NCBI GenBank assembly: GCA_964473815.1 | Contig: CAYYQK010000005.1 | Coordinates: 3,847-67,846, forward strand | Length of the DNA stretch: 64,000 nt | Reading direction: 5' to 3' | Source: an uncultured Candidatus Saccharibacteria bacterium | GTDB taxonomy: Bacteria; Patescibacteriota; Doudnabacteria; UBA920 | Program-made: the position numbers and the translations under genes | Notes under the pieces: generated by a model | What the model was told of the DNA's origin: nothing | The model's database searches: none | What the model saw: only the letters and a program-made list of their open reading frames with translations | Shown: piece after piece, positions 46,828-56,383 of the stretch | Numbering within the stretch: the stretch's first letter is position 1 | How the letters are laid out: each line of letters opens with the position of its first letter

Positions 46828-47722
46828 TGCTGCTGCGACGAACGGGTTTTTTCTTCTTCGGTTTCTGCTTTGATAATCGGGCTGAATGACGAGTCATAAT
46901 AACTCCTTCGCGGTGGAAACCTAAATGCAAAGTTTCGCGGGAATGTTTTAGCTTGTCCTGCTTTAACATTTTATTAACCAAGTGCATGGCTTCATCAGCG
47001 TTGTCGACAATTTGGAAAAGATTTACATCCTGTCGGCCTATGGCTTTGTTGTGTCCATAAATAGTTTTATTGATCCAGTCGCTAAGCGGTGTCCAAAACT
47101 TTCTGTTCACTAAAATGACTTTGATCGGCGCAACTTTTTTGGTTTGAATTAAAGTGAGCATTTCGAACAGCTCATCCATGGTGCCGAACCCGCCGGGGAA
47201 GAAAACGTAAACTTGAGATACAGAAGCCAGCATTACCTTGCGAGTAAAGAAATAATGGAACGAGGTTGATTCGTTTACAAATGGGTTAATGCGTTGCTCG
47301 CTCGGCAGTTGAATGTTTAAACCAACTGATTCACCACCATATTTTAGAGCGCCTTCATTGGCTGCTTGCATAATTCCTGGGCCGCCGCCGGTAATTACTG
47401 CAAATCCGGCCTTGGCCAACTCAAAGCCGAGCTTATAGGCTTCTTTGTAAACACCTTTGTCTAAAGTTTCGCGCGCTGAGCCAAAGACAGTGACAGCTTT
47501 TCGGTAATGACGAATAAATTTGTAGCCATTTACAAACTCATTCATGATTTTTATCATCCGGCGGGACGAAAATCCCCCGCGGGCAATGCTAAAAATTGAT
47601 TCTAACTGTCCGGTTGACCAGGCAATATCTTCTTCATTAACATTGGCTGGCAAAACAGCACAAACCTGATGCATGTGCTGGTCTTTGGGGTTGTGAGGAT
47701 TTTTTGGAATTTTGTTACGCAT
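46820..47722 (-). CDS. LOG family (TIGR00730) nucleotide-binding protein
   Basis: 'ITGGGPGIMQAANEGA' and 'PGGFGTMDELFE' LOG signature motifs. Confidence 0.7.
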   Translation of the reverse strand: MRNKIPKNPHNPKDQHMHQVCAVLPANVNEEDIAWSTGQLESIFSIARGGFSSRRMIKIMNEFVNGYKFIRHYRKAVTVFGSARETLDKGVYKEAYKLGFELAKAGFAVITGGGPGIMQAANEGALKYGGESVGLNIQLPSEQRINPFVNESTSFHYFFTRKVMLASVSQVYVFFPGGFGTMDELFEMLTLIQTKKVAPIKVILVNRKFWTPLSDWINKTIYGHNKAIGRQDVNLFQIVDNADEAMHLVNKMLKQDKLKHSRETLHLGFHREGVIMTRHSARLSKQKPKKKKPVRRSSIE

Positions 47723-47742
47723 AACTATAGTATACTACAACT

Positions 47743-48264
47743 ATGAAGAAACAAGTTTTCAAGCGCGTCAATGTCAATGATCTGATGCAAAGAAATTATG
47801 TTTATGAGTTAGTCGCGCCTGTAGGTCGGCAATTTGCAGACAATTTTGCACCCGAGCTCACGCCAAAGCAAATGTTAGAGCTGGGTGTGTTCGGCGGAAA
47901 ATATATGACGGACTGCAAAAAAGAATTTCCTGCTAGTTGGTTTAAAAATGCAAAACTCAACCACGACACACATGACAAAGAATTAAATTATTTTAAAATT
48001 AACGCGTCGCAGCCACTGAGTGAGTGGGAACGCAAAGGTTGGATCAATAAACATCATGACCCGCGGGGTTGGTTTCAATGGTACTGTCGATATTATATGG
48101 GGCGCCGTGTTGAAAATTACGATGACATTCAAATCAAAAGGTGGCGCGCTATTCGCCGTCACATTGGGCAAATTAAGAAGCACTGCCATGTTCGCGACCT
48201 CTCTTGCCGCCGCAGACAACGCCAAGCACTCCTGCATTGGGCATATGACAGCCGCAAGATTTGA
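47743..48264 (+). CDS. Hypothetical protein
   Basis: 173 aa, Trp/Arg-rich; no recognised motif. Confidence 0.3.
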   Translation: MKKQVFKRVNVNDLMQRNYVYELVAPVGRQFADNFAPELTPKQMLELGVFGGKYMTDCKKEFPASWFKNAKLNHDTHDKELNYFKINASQPLSEWERKGWINKHHDPRGWFQWYCRYYMGRRVENYDDIQIKRWRAIRRHIGQIKKHCHVRDLSCRRRQRQALLHWAYDSRKI

Positions 48265-48379
48265 GCATTGACCAAACCGCCAAAAACTGCTAAACTAAGC
48301 ATGCAAGTGAAACTCGTTTTGTGTCAACGTAAGTGGTACCAAATATCGAGCCTATAATAAAAGTCGCCTTGCTCAATAT

Positions 48380-48691
48380 TTGAAAGATAGTATGAATAAC
48401 AAACTTTACGTTGGCAATTTGCCATACTCTACCACTGATGCTTCTTTGGGTGATTTGTTCGCTCAAGCTGGCACAGTTACATCTTCTTCTGTAATCACAG
48501 ATAAGATGTCTGGTCGTAGCAAAGGTTTCGGATTCGTAGAAATGTCTACTCCTGAAGAAGCTCAAGCTGCTATCACTAAGTTCCATGGCCAGGAATTCGA
48601 AGGTCGCGCTCTTACTGTAAGTGAAGCTCGTCCAAAAGAAGACCGTCCACGCCGTGACTTCGGTGGCGACCGCGGTGGTAACAACTGGTAA
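48380..48691 (+). CDS. RRM-type RNA-binding protein
   Basis: RNP-2 'LYVGNL' and RNP-1 'KGFGFVEM' motifs; RGG-like C-terminal tail. Confidence 0.8.
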   Translation: MKDSMNNKLYVGNLPYSTTDASLGDLFAQAGTVTSSSVITDKMSGRSKGFGFVEMSTPEEAQAAITKFHGQEFEGRALTVSEARPKEDRPRRDFGGDRGGNNW

Positions 48692-48766
48692 GCTACTTGC
48701 TTAACGCAAAATTTAAAGCCGTTCCGAAAGGAGCGGCTTTTGTTATTAAAATGCTACAATATATAC

Positions 48767-49642
48767 ATGACTTTGAATGAACTTGGCTGGAACAGATATT
48801 CGCGCAAACAGAAAGATGCAGCGCAAACAAAGACCCACGACAACGTGGGTCGTATTGGCGTTGAGAACAAAACCAATTTTGTTTTACACACTGAACATGG
48901 CGAACTAGCCGGAATCATTCAGGGAAAGTTTCGTCATACCACCAAAACTCAAAGCGACTTCCCCAAAGTTGGCGACTGGGTCACATTCAAAAAACTTCAA
49001 GGCGAAGACAAATGCGTCATCGAAAAGGTTTTACCACGGTATTCAATTATTGGTCGGCAAGCTGCTGGTGAAAAAGATAAATTTGATAAAGTATCCAAAA
49101 CTGACAAAAAAATCTATCAAAAATCTCAAAAGAAAAAACTGTACCGTGAACCAGAAATGCAAATTATTGCCGCCAACGTGGACTTGCTATTCATTGTTTT
49201 TGGCCTAGACCAAAGCTACAACGCGCCCTTAATTTCCCGCTACATTACTATGGCTTATGAAGGCGGAGTGGAACCAATTGTAATTTTAAACAAAACTGAC
49301 AAAGCCAAACTAAGTAGTAAGCTCGTCCGTGAGACCGAACAACTTTCGCCTGGTCTGGAAGTGCACGCACTGTCTGCAAAAACCACTATAGGTTTACACA
49401 AACTCGAAGCGCTTATTGAACCAGGACGAACAATTGCGTTCGTTGGGCCAAGCGGCGCAGGCAAATCAACTTTAATTAATGCGCTAATTGGTAGCAAAGT
49501 ACAGGCCACTGGCGAAGTTCGACTCGTAGATGCCAAAGGTCGCCACACCACCACGCGCCGCGAAATGTTCATTCTACCTCACGGTGGCATCTTAATAGAC
49601 ACACCCGGAATCCGCGAACTAGAAAACATTTCTTTAAAGTAA
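48767..49642 (+). CDS. rsgA: Ribosome small-subunit-dependent GTPase A (YjeQ/RsgA-like), lacking C-terminal zinc knuckle
   Basis: N-terminal OB fold; circularly permuted GTPase 'ILNKTD' (G4) preceding 'VGPSGAGKSTLINAL' (G1). Confidence 0.65.
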   Translation: MTLNELGWNRYSRKQKDAAQTKTHDNVGRIGVENKTNFVLHTEHGELAGIIQGKFRHTTKTQSDFPKVGDWVTFKKLQGEDKCVIEKVLPRYSIIGRQAAGEKDKFDKVSKTDKKIYQKSQKKKLYREPEMQIIAANVDLLFIVFGLDQSYNAPLISRYITMAYEGGVEPIVILNKTDKAKLSSKLVRETEQLSPGLEVHALSAKTTIGLHKLEALIEPGRTIAFVGPSGAGKSTLINALIGSKVQATGEVRLVDAKGRHTTTRREMFILPHGGILIDTPGIRELENISLK

Positions 49643-49693
49643 AGTTGATACGAGCTTAGATTGACAACTTCATCAATATACATTAAGCTATAT

Positions 49694-50125
49694 TTACAAA
49701 TTGCCATATGGCACTCGAGGAGCCCTTACGGGCTCCGTTTTTATTGAATTAAAAAATTGAAATTTTATATTTTCAAATTCTTTAGTATTCATTTTTCTTA
49801 TTCTTCTTAAAAACCGCTTTGTACTTAAAACTCGGGCTTGAGACAATAAAATTGATGTCCTCAATTTATTATGAATTGTGGGTAAATAGTACTTATTTAT
49901 TTTATTTTTAGAACTCAAAGGTAATATTAAAACCAAATCAGCACTATATTTTTTCAAAACCAAAACCGGCCTTTCGTACAAATTATTCTTCCCATCCTGT
50001 TCAAAACCTATATTTAAACCTAGTGAACACCACCAAATTTCTCTTTCTCTAAATTTTGGGCTAACGCGGTTGGTATAATGCAACTTTTTCTTAAGAGTAT
50101 TCCATTTGTCAAAATCTTTTCGCAT
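49694..50125 (-). CDS. MazF/PemK-family toxin-like protein
   Basis: 'REIWWCSLGLNIGFEQDGKNNLYERPVLVLKK...LVLILPLSSKN' matches the PemK/MazF pattern (G-IWWV-LG...G-EQ...RPVLVL...PLTS). Confidence 0.45.
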   Translation of the reverse strand: MRKDFDKWNTLKKKLHYTNRVSPKFREREIWWCSLGLNIGFEQDGKNNLYERPVLVLKKYSADLVLILPLSSKNKINKYYLPTIHNKLRTSILLSQARVLSTKRFLRRIRKMNTKEFENIKFQFFNSIKTEPVRAPRVPYGNL

Positions 50126-50248
50126 TTCTTAAACATAGCATGATCATACTCAAGAAAACTTAAAGTCTAGATAAAGTTTTCCTGAATTTCATAATAATAA
50201 ACAGCGCTAGCATTACACAGCGCTGCTTTCAATTTAATCTTTTTTCAA

Positions 50249-50710
50249 CTAACCCCGATACTTTTGCTCGCCTTTCGTACCCTTATGCTTGGGACACTGA
50301 CAAACTCCCTTGATAAATTCATCCCAATACTCTTTACCGTAATCGTAGAATAATTCTTCGCCTGGTTTAATATTGCGGGTGCAGCGAATTTTTATGCGCA
50401 TCCCGTATTGCACTGGCTCGCAATTTGTCTTTACACAAGAGTGATTAATGTATCGCGCAATGTTATCGCGTGCGTCACCACTAATTGTCCAGTCTTTACC
50501 CAGAGCAAATAGATACTTGCCGCCCTTGCGGTCAACTTCGTCATCATTTAATAATGGGCCGGTATACTCAATAATAAAGCTCCCTTTCTTGATAGGTGCT
50601 GTGGCGAATAATCCCAGGCCGGCAATAGATTTTTTGACTTCTAATTTATCGCGCTGGTCTTTTTCTTTGATTTTTGGCCGGCGCGGAACTTTAAATTTTT
50701 TTTGTGGCAT
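50249..50710 (-). CDS. SET-domain protein (putative protein-lysine methyltransferase)
   Basis: 'GLGLFATAPIKKGSFIIEYTG', 'INHSCVKTNCEP' (NHSCxPN) and 'EELFYDYG' (ELxxDY) SET motifs. Confidence 0.7.
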   Translation of the reverse strand: MPQKKFKVPRRPKIKEKDQRDKLEVKKSIAGLGLFATAPIKKGSFIIEYTGPLLNDDEVDRKGGKYLFALGKDWTISGDARDNIARYINHSCVKTNCEPVQYGMRIKIRCTRNIKPGEELFYDYGKEYWDEFIKGVCQCPKHKGTKGEQKYRG

Positions 50711-50716
50711 TAACTG

Positions 50717-51091
50717 TTATTCTTCCTTCTCTTCTTCTGACTCTTCAGGTTCTTCCTCAGAATCTTCTTGCATTGTAGATGCGAGTGGTTTTTTACCAAC
50801 GCTGTGCATCAATTTGTTAACTGGTACGACTACAAAATAGTAAACTACTAAAGCGACAATTAAGAAAGTGATGGCTGCGTTTAGAAAATTACCATACATT
50901 ATTTTACTGCCATTGATAGTTAGCACCCAATTAGAAAAATCGGGTTGTTTAAAAATGGCAGCAATAACCGGGGTGATGATGTCCTTAACCAATGAGTTTA
51001 CAATCGAAGTAAACGCTGCACCAATGACCACACCAATCGCCAAGTCCACCACATTCCCCCGCATTATAAAAGTTTTGAATCCTTTGTCCAT
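50717..51091 (-). CDS. mscL: Large-conductance mechanosensitive channel
   Basis: 'FIMRGNVVDLAIGVVIGAAF' MscL TM1 signature; 124 aa. Confidence 0.85.
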   Translation of the reverse strand: MDKGFKTFIMRGNVVDLAIGVVIGAAFTSIVNSLVKDIITPVIAAIFKQPDFSNWVLTINGSKIMYGNFLNAAITFLIVALVVYYFVVVPVNKLMHSVGKKPLASTMQEDSEEEPEESEEEKEE

Positions 51092-51103
51092 ATACTTTTT
51101 AAA

Positions 51104-51760
51104 TTATTTATTAAGGGCTTCGTCTATCAATTTTTTTAGATCTTCTTTTGAAGGCACGCTTTGGCTATCAACTTTAACTCCGTTAACATAGAAAGTTGGG
51201 GTACCGTTTAAACCAAGCGAGTCAGCATCTTTTAAGTCAGCATTAATTATATCTTTTGACAGGTGCTGAGACATTTCCACTTTAAATTTGTCAGTATCAA
51301 GTCCCAAGCTTCCTGCGTAAGCAATTAGAGTATCTGTAGGGTCTGGCATAGTACTCCATTCACTCTGTTTGTCATACAACAGGTCATGCATTTCCCAGAA
51401 CTTCCCTTGCTTCGCTGCAGCTTCAGCTGCTTCTGCACCAACACGGGCATTAGGGTGAATACTTTCCAGCGGAAATTCTCGCCAGACAAAGTTCACATCT
51501 TTATCTTTATACTCTTCCATTAATTGCTTAAATTCTGGGTAAGCTTTTTCACAAGCCGGACACTCAAAGTCTCCAAACTCAACTACATTCACTTTTGCGC
51601 TGGAAGATTTTGTCATGTGGCTAGTGTCACGGATGAGTGATTGCGAATCTACCGCCTTCCCAGGTTCAGCGCTGCGCGGATTGGCAAAAATAGCCAAGGC
51701 CACTCCAGCTGCCACTACTACAATCGCAATGGCAATAATAATTTTTGCTTCTTTAGACAT
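51104..51760 (-). CDS. DsbA-family thiol:disulfide oxidoreductase
   Basis: 'FGDFECPACEK' CPxC active site in a thioredoxin fold; N-terminal membrane anchor. Confidence 0.7.
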   Translation of the reverse strand: MSKEAKIIIAIAIVVVAAGVALAIFANPRSAEPGKAVDSQSLIRDTSHMTKSSSAKVNVVEFGDFECPACEKAYPEFKQLMEEYKDKDVNFVWREFPLESIHPNARVGAEAAEAAAKQGKFWEMHDLLYDKQSEWSTMPDPTDTLIAYAGSLGLDTDKFKVEMSQHLSKDIINADLKDADSLGLNGTPTFYVNGVKVDSQSVPSKEDLKKLIDEALNK

Positions 51761-51761
51761 T

Positions 51762-52190
51762 TTATTCAGCTCCTTTGGAAGATTTCCAATAAATAATTAA
51801 TGCGATACCAATTGCTGTGAACCCTGCGAATGACAAAAATGGAATTGTAATGAAATGAAACCACTCAATAAATTTTGTTGTGCAAGATACACCAGCTAAA
51901 CATGGCGCTGCAGCTTCTGGTAAAATTTTGTAATAAAGCAGGTTGTGATAGACAGCGATTACCCACCCTATTGGCAATAAAATAAATGCCGGCAAGATCA
52001 TGTCGCGGCTTTTTTTATAAATAGAAAAGCCCAAAATTGCCACTAAAGGATACATGCACACCCGCTGATACCAACATAAAACGCACGGGGGAAAATGCGC
52101 GATTTGGCTAAAATACAAACTCCCTAACGTAGCTATTAAGGCAATCGCAAATGCTCCATATAAAGCATTTTCTTTTATAAAGTTTTTCAT
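51762..52190 (-). CDS. Disulfide bond formation protein B-like (DsbB/BdbC)
   Basis: 4 TM helices; Cys pairs 'CVLCWYQRVC' and 'CLAGVSC'; adjacent to dsbA-like. Confidence 0.6.
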   Translation of the reverse strand: MKNFIKENALYGAFAIALIATLGSLYFSQIAHFPPCVLCWYQRVCMYPLVAILGFSIYKKSRDMILPAFILLPIGWVIAVYHNLLYYKILPEAAAPCLAGVSCTTKFIEWFHFITIPFLSFAGFTAIGIALIIYWKSSKGAE

Positions 52191-52220
52191 AAATCAATTA
52201 TATCATGTTAGGATAAGCTT

Positions 52221-53540
52221 ATGAAGAAGGTCTTTTTGTACATAGTTCTGGCGGGATTTACCATCGGAATTATTGGCGCATGGTGGCATGGGGCTCAAGA
52301 TTTGTTAGCTGCCGGTGACATTAATAGTGATTTAATAGTTCTAGGACGATTGCTTGGTTTAACGGCGGCTTTCTTATTGCCATTGCAATTAATCCTGATT
52401 GGTCGGGTAAAATGGGTTGAAACTGTTTTTGGTTTAGATAAGTTGTCGCGCCTGCATCGTACAAATGGTTTAATTATTCTGGCTCTAATTCTAGCTCACC
52501 CAATCATAATTATTTGGGCTTATTCAAAATTTGCTCAGGTTAGTTTTGTTGGACAGTATTTGCAATTTTTAAGTGGTCATATTGGTCAAATCTTACAAGC
52601 TACAATTGGGGTAGGAATTCTTCTTGCCACTATTATTTTGTCATTAACCATCGTTCGCAAAAAATTAAAATATGAGTGGTGGTATTATGTTCATGTTTTC
52701 AATTACGTAGCGATTTTTTTCATTTTTTTGCATGTAAAATATCAGACTAGCACTTCGCAATATTGGGAATGGCCAGCGCTCTGGATTGCTATTTATATTT
52801 TAACTGCTTTGAACGTAATTTGGTTTCGTTTTACTCGGCCAATTTTGCTAACCCTGCAGCATCAGTTTGCAGTTGGCCGTGTTGAAGACTTGGGTCTGGC
52901 GACCTCTATATATATTACTGGAAAAAATATGGAAAAATTTCATATTGATGCCGGACAATTTATGATTTTCCGTTTTTTGCAAAATGGATTTTGGTTGCAA
53001 GCACATCCATTTTCCATGTCAGAGGCACCTAACGGACATGAAATTCGATTGACCGCGAAGAAACTAGGAGATTTTACTAAAACGTTGCCACAAATTAAAG
53101 TTGGCACTCGGGTTATTATTGATGGGCCGCACGGTGTCTTCACCGAAAAACTCGCCACCAAAGAAAAGTTGTTGTTCATTGCCGGCGGAATTGGGATCAC
53201 TCCAATTCGTTCCATGTTTGAGGATATGGGCACGCGGCATCCAGACAAAATATTATTGTTCAGCAACAAGTCGCCGAGTGAACGAATTTTAGGAAATGAA
53301 GTAGACGCCTTAAGTTCGCAAAATAATTTTAAAATAATTGATATTTTTTCAGACACCAAAGTTCCTGACAAGGAATATGGTCGTCTCGACAAAGATATAC
53401 TCGCCCGACTTGTGCCTGACATTAAGGACCGAGATATTTTCTTGTGTGGTCCTCCGCCAATGTTAAAGGCCATACGCGCTGCGCTATCTGAACTCGGCGT
53501 GCCAAAATCACAGATACATTTTGAACGCTTTGCTCTTTGA
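52221..53540 (+). CDS. Ferric-reductase/NOX-like protein (transmembrane heme domain + FAD/NAD-binding domain)
   Basis: 6 TM helices with His residues; 'HPFSMS' FAD-binding motif; 'GGIGITP' NAD-binding motif. Confidence 0.6.
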   Translation: MKKVFLYIVLAGFTIGIIGAWWHGAQDLLAAGDINSDLIVLGRLLGLTAAFLLPLQLILIGRVKWVETVFGLDKLSRLHRTNGLIILALILAHPIIIIWAYSKFAQVSFVGQYLQFLSGHIGQILQATIGVGILLATIILSLTIVRKKLKYEWWYYVHVFNYVAIFFIFLHVKYQTSTSQYWEWPALWIAIYILTALNVIWFRFTRPILLTLQHQFAVGRVEDLGLATSIYITGKNMEKFHIDAGQFMIFRFLQNGFWLQAHPFSMSEAPNGHEIRLTAKKLGDFTKTLPQIKVGTRVIIDGPHGVFTEKLATKEKLLFIAGGIGITPIRSMFEDMGTRHPDKILLFSNKSPSERILGNEVDALSSQNNFKIIDIFSDTKVPDKEYGRLDKDILARLVPDIKDRDIFLCGPPPMLKAIRAALSELGVPKSQIHFERFAL

Positions 53541-53606
53541 CAAATACCACTCTCTGTGGTATTTTTCATCAAAATCAAACTATCAAAACTTAGAGGGAGG
53601 GAAAAT

Positions 53607-54033
53607 GGATATATTCAAAAATCTGATTTTTAATGCTGTGTTTTCTGGTTTGCTATTCGGGTCCTGGCCGCTCATCAACAAAGAATCAGGGCTGAATTCT
53701 TACGCATCGGCTACGGTTTATTGCTTTATTGTGCTTTGCTTTGTTGGCGGACTTACTCTGATCAACGGCGTGGGCGACTTAAGCGAAGTAAAGTGGCGGT
53801 ATTCACTTGCTGCTGGTTTGGTTGGTGGGGTCGCGCTTGCATCGTTTGCATATGCGATCACTCACGCCACAAAATCAGAGGCTGGAAATTTTTTTCTCAT
53901 TACACTGTTGTGTCAAATGTTGAGCCCAACCATTTATACGATAGTTGTAAACTGGGAACGTGATGGATTCCCGTCGGCTAAAAAGACGGCCGGGATTATT
54001 GGTGTGTTTGTGGTAGCATATCTGTTGGGGTAA
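53607..54033 (+). CDS. Small polytopic membrane protein (EamA/DMT-like half-transporter?)
   Basis: About 140 aa with 4 TM helices; start 'MDIFKNLIF' preceded by GGAGGG. Confidence 0.3.
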
Positions 54034-54258
54034 TACCTGTTGTGTCGACTGAGACCGGACTTTCTTACGAAAGTCCGGTTATTTTTTCTTAAGTTTTTCT
54101 TTATCTTTCCTTTATATTTTCTTAAGGAAAACTTGTCCCCTGCTTGTCCACATTTCCGCATTGACATGCGGAAAAGATATGCTTATCATAATTCCTTACC
54201 CAATATTTTTTAACTGTGTCATCGGGTGTAGGATGACACTGCTTGGAGTAACACAAGT

Positions 54259-54930
54259 ATGCGAATGTTAATTATTTCTAACGATGAAGTTGCGGCTTCA
54301 GAATTATTACGCGGGTTTAGGTCTGCAGGGTTCAGTGTTGACCATGCTCTGGAAAGTGAACAAGGTTCATTCTGGGCCCGCACTACAGATTATGATTTAG
54401 TTTTAATTGATGATCAGGAAGAAGAACGCGCCATTAATGTTTGTAAACACATTCGTTCATTGCGTAAGACTATGCCAATCGTGGTAATTTCCGATCATGC
54501 CGAAGCGCCGCGTAAAGTTGCAATGCTTAATGCCGGTGCCGATGACTGCGTAAGCAAAGATTGTTCTTTAGTCGAACTGAATGCACGCGTACGTGCAATA
54601 ATGCGCAGGCCAAAAAATATCGCTGATGATGTTCTTCGGGTTGATGATCTGCAAATGAACATCAATGCTTACGAGGTTACGCGTGCGCGCAAATCTGTTC
54701 GCCTTACCCGCAAAGAGTTTGGTTTGCTGGAATATTTATTGCGTAACAAAGGCCGTGTCATTCCCCGCACCGCATTAATTGAGCATGTCTGGGACATCCA
54801 TGCTGATTTATTTTCCAACACTTTAGAAACACACATTTTAAACTTAAGAAGAAAAATTGAAGCTCAAGGGAAGCGGAAACTAATTCATACTATCAATGGC
54901 CGCGGATACAAGCTGGCGGTAAGGCGTTGA
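54259..54930 (+). CDS. OmpR-family DNA-binding response regulator
   Basis: Receiver domain followed by winged-helix 'LTRKEFGLLEYLLRNKGRVIPRTALIEHVW'. Confidence 0.8.
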   Translation: MRMLIISNDEVAASELLRGFRSAGFSVDHALESEQGSFWARTTDYDLVLIDDQEEERAINVCKHIRSLRKTMPIVVISDHAEAPRKVAMLNAGADDCVSKDCSLVELNARVRAIMRRPKNIADDVLRVDDLQMNINAYEVTRARKSVRLTRKEFGLLEYLLRNKGRVIPRTALIEHVWDIHADLFSNTLETHILNLRRKIEAQGKRKLIHTINGRGYKLAVRR

Positions 54931-54977
54931 CCGGTCAACATTAGGAGCGTATACTTATTTATTAAGTATGCCTCTTT

Positions 54978-55550
54978 ATGAGAAAAATAATCGACGAAAT
55001 CAAACGAATCTGGACTAATTTTACCCCTGCAGGACAACGCACTTTTGGTGTAATTTTGCTGTGTTTCCTCGTCTTGGGGACTTATGCGGTTTACAAAAAC
55101 AGTCGGGAAAATGATAATAATCCGAAACCCACCATTGAAGAATTGCACCCAGATATTGGCGAAGCATTACCCCCTGATGTACAAGCACCACCGGAAAAAT
55201 CTGGTGTAAAAGTAGGTGCGACTGTTCCCGATGACAAGGGTACTGTTGCCGGTGAAAGTACAAATGATAAAGTCGCGACAAATTATTTAGCGCCCACCAC
55301 AGGCTCTGACTCTCTACCGTTTACTGTTTCCTCTTACGAAGCAGGTAATGAAACTCTTGCCACTTTAAATGCGCAACTAAAACTAAGTCTAGATGTATCA
55401 GAAATTACGGAAACAAATTTTGACAGTAATCTAGCTTTACAATTTAAAACCAAGCAGTCTGGTGACGGCCTGGTCTTTATATCAAACAATAAAATTTTCT
55501 ACCTTTACGGAAACAGTAAAGATTTTTCTAAATTTCAACTTCCCCGTTAG
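54978..55550 (+). CDS. Membrane-anchored hypothetical protein
   Basis: N-terminal TM helix; no motifs. Confidence 0.3.
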   Translation: MRKIIDEIKRIWTNFTPAGQRTFGVILLCFLVLGTYAVYKNSRENDNNPKPTIEELHPDIGEALPPDVQAPPEKSGVKVGATVPDDKGTVAGESTNDKVATNYLAPTTGSDSLPFTVSSYEAGNETLATLNAQLKLSLDVSEITETNFDSNLALQFKTKQSGDGLVFISNNKIFYLYGNSKDFSKFQLPR

Positions 55551-56265
55551 CCGAAATTTTGACAGTATAAACTGGCAAGTCTTTTGCTAATCGCTGCAAA
55601 GTTTCTGTTAACTGCTTACCAAACGCATCATCTAACGCTTTTCGAACTTGCGGTTCTTCTACAACGACTCCTTGTTCAGCAAGAACAGCTTGAGTTGTTT
55701 TGGCAATTTTGCTAAGCTGGTCGTCATGTAAAGTTTTTTGATACACAAATACTTCCTGCACTTCTTCGCCATTTCGCAATAATGGTTTTATTCCGTAATC
55801 TTCTGAGTCTATAACTATTACTCCCTGCTCGGCGTGATCCCCATGTACAGTTTCTTGCTGTGCACCTTTTTTAATTAAGTGAGGCAAGGCTTCAAAAATT
55901 GAATCAATTTGCTCTTGCTGCAAACCATAAGCAGCCGGATAAAATTTCGCTTGTTTTAAATGACCGCAACCGAGCCCCGGAACAGAATTTTCAGCATGCT
56001 CATCAGTATGGAAACGAAAATTTTGTTCACCACCAATACTGTCAGCAATAATTTTTACAACTTCATCGCTAGCTAAACTTTGGCCGAGCAAATTTAAAGC
56101 AGCAAACAAAGCCATCACATCACCGGCATCGCCACCCGGCTTAGCAGCCAAAGGCATGTCCGGGATGTTTTCGTAACGGCCATCAACGCAGCGAGCCAGT
56201 TTATTAGTTTCAGAAATTGGAAGTTTGGCAGATTCTACAAATTTTAACGCTTGTTCTTCAGACAT
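55528..56265 (-). CDS. Hypothetical protein with CxDxR and GCGH motifs (divergent beta-carbonic-anhydrase-like?)
   Basis: 'CVDGR' and 'FHTDEH...GLGCGH'; weak. Confidence 0.3.
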   Translation of the reverse strand: MSEEQALKFVESAKLPISETNKLARCVDGRYENIPDMPLAAKPGGDAGDVMALFAALNLLGQSLASDEVVKIIADSIGGEQNFRFHTDEHAENSVPGLGCGHLKQAKFYPAAYGLQQEQIDSIFEALPHLIKKGAQQETVHGDHAEQGVIVIDSEDYGIKPLLRNGEEVQEVFVYQKTLHDDQLSKIAKTTQAVLAEQGVVVEEPQVRKALDDAFGKQLTETLQRLAKDLPVYTVKISANGEVEI

Positions 56266-56383
56266 AAAAAATAAAATTATTAGTTGTGTTCCATCAAATC
56301 TTAAGGAATTTTTAGGTTTGAGTCAATAAAAAAAGCCCATCGCAAGACAGGCTCTAAAAAAGCATTTTGCTATATTTCGAAGT

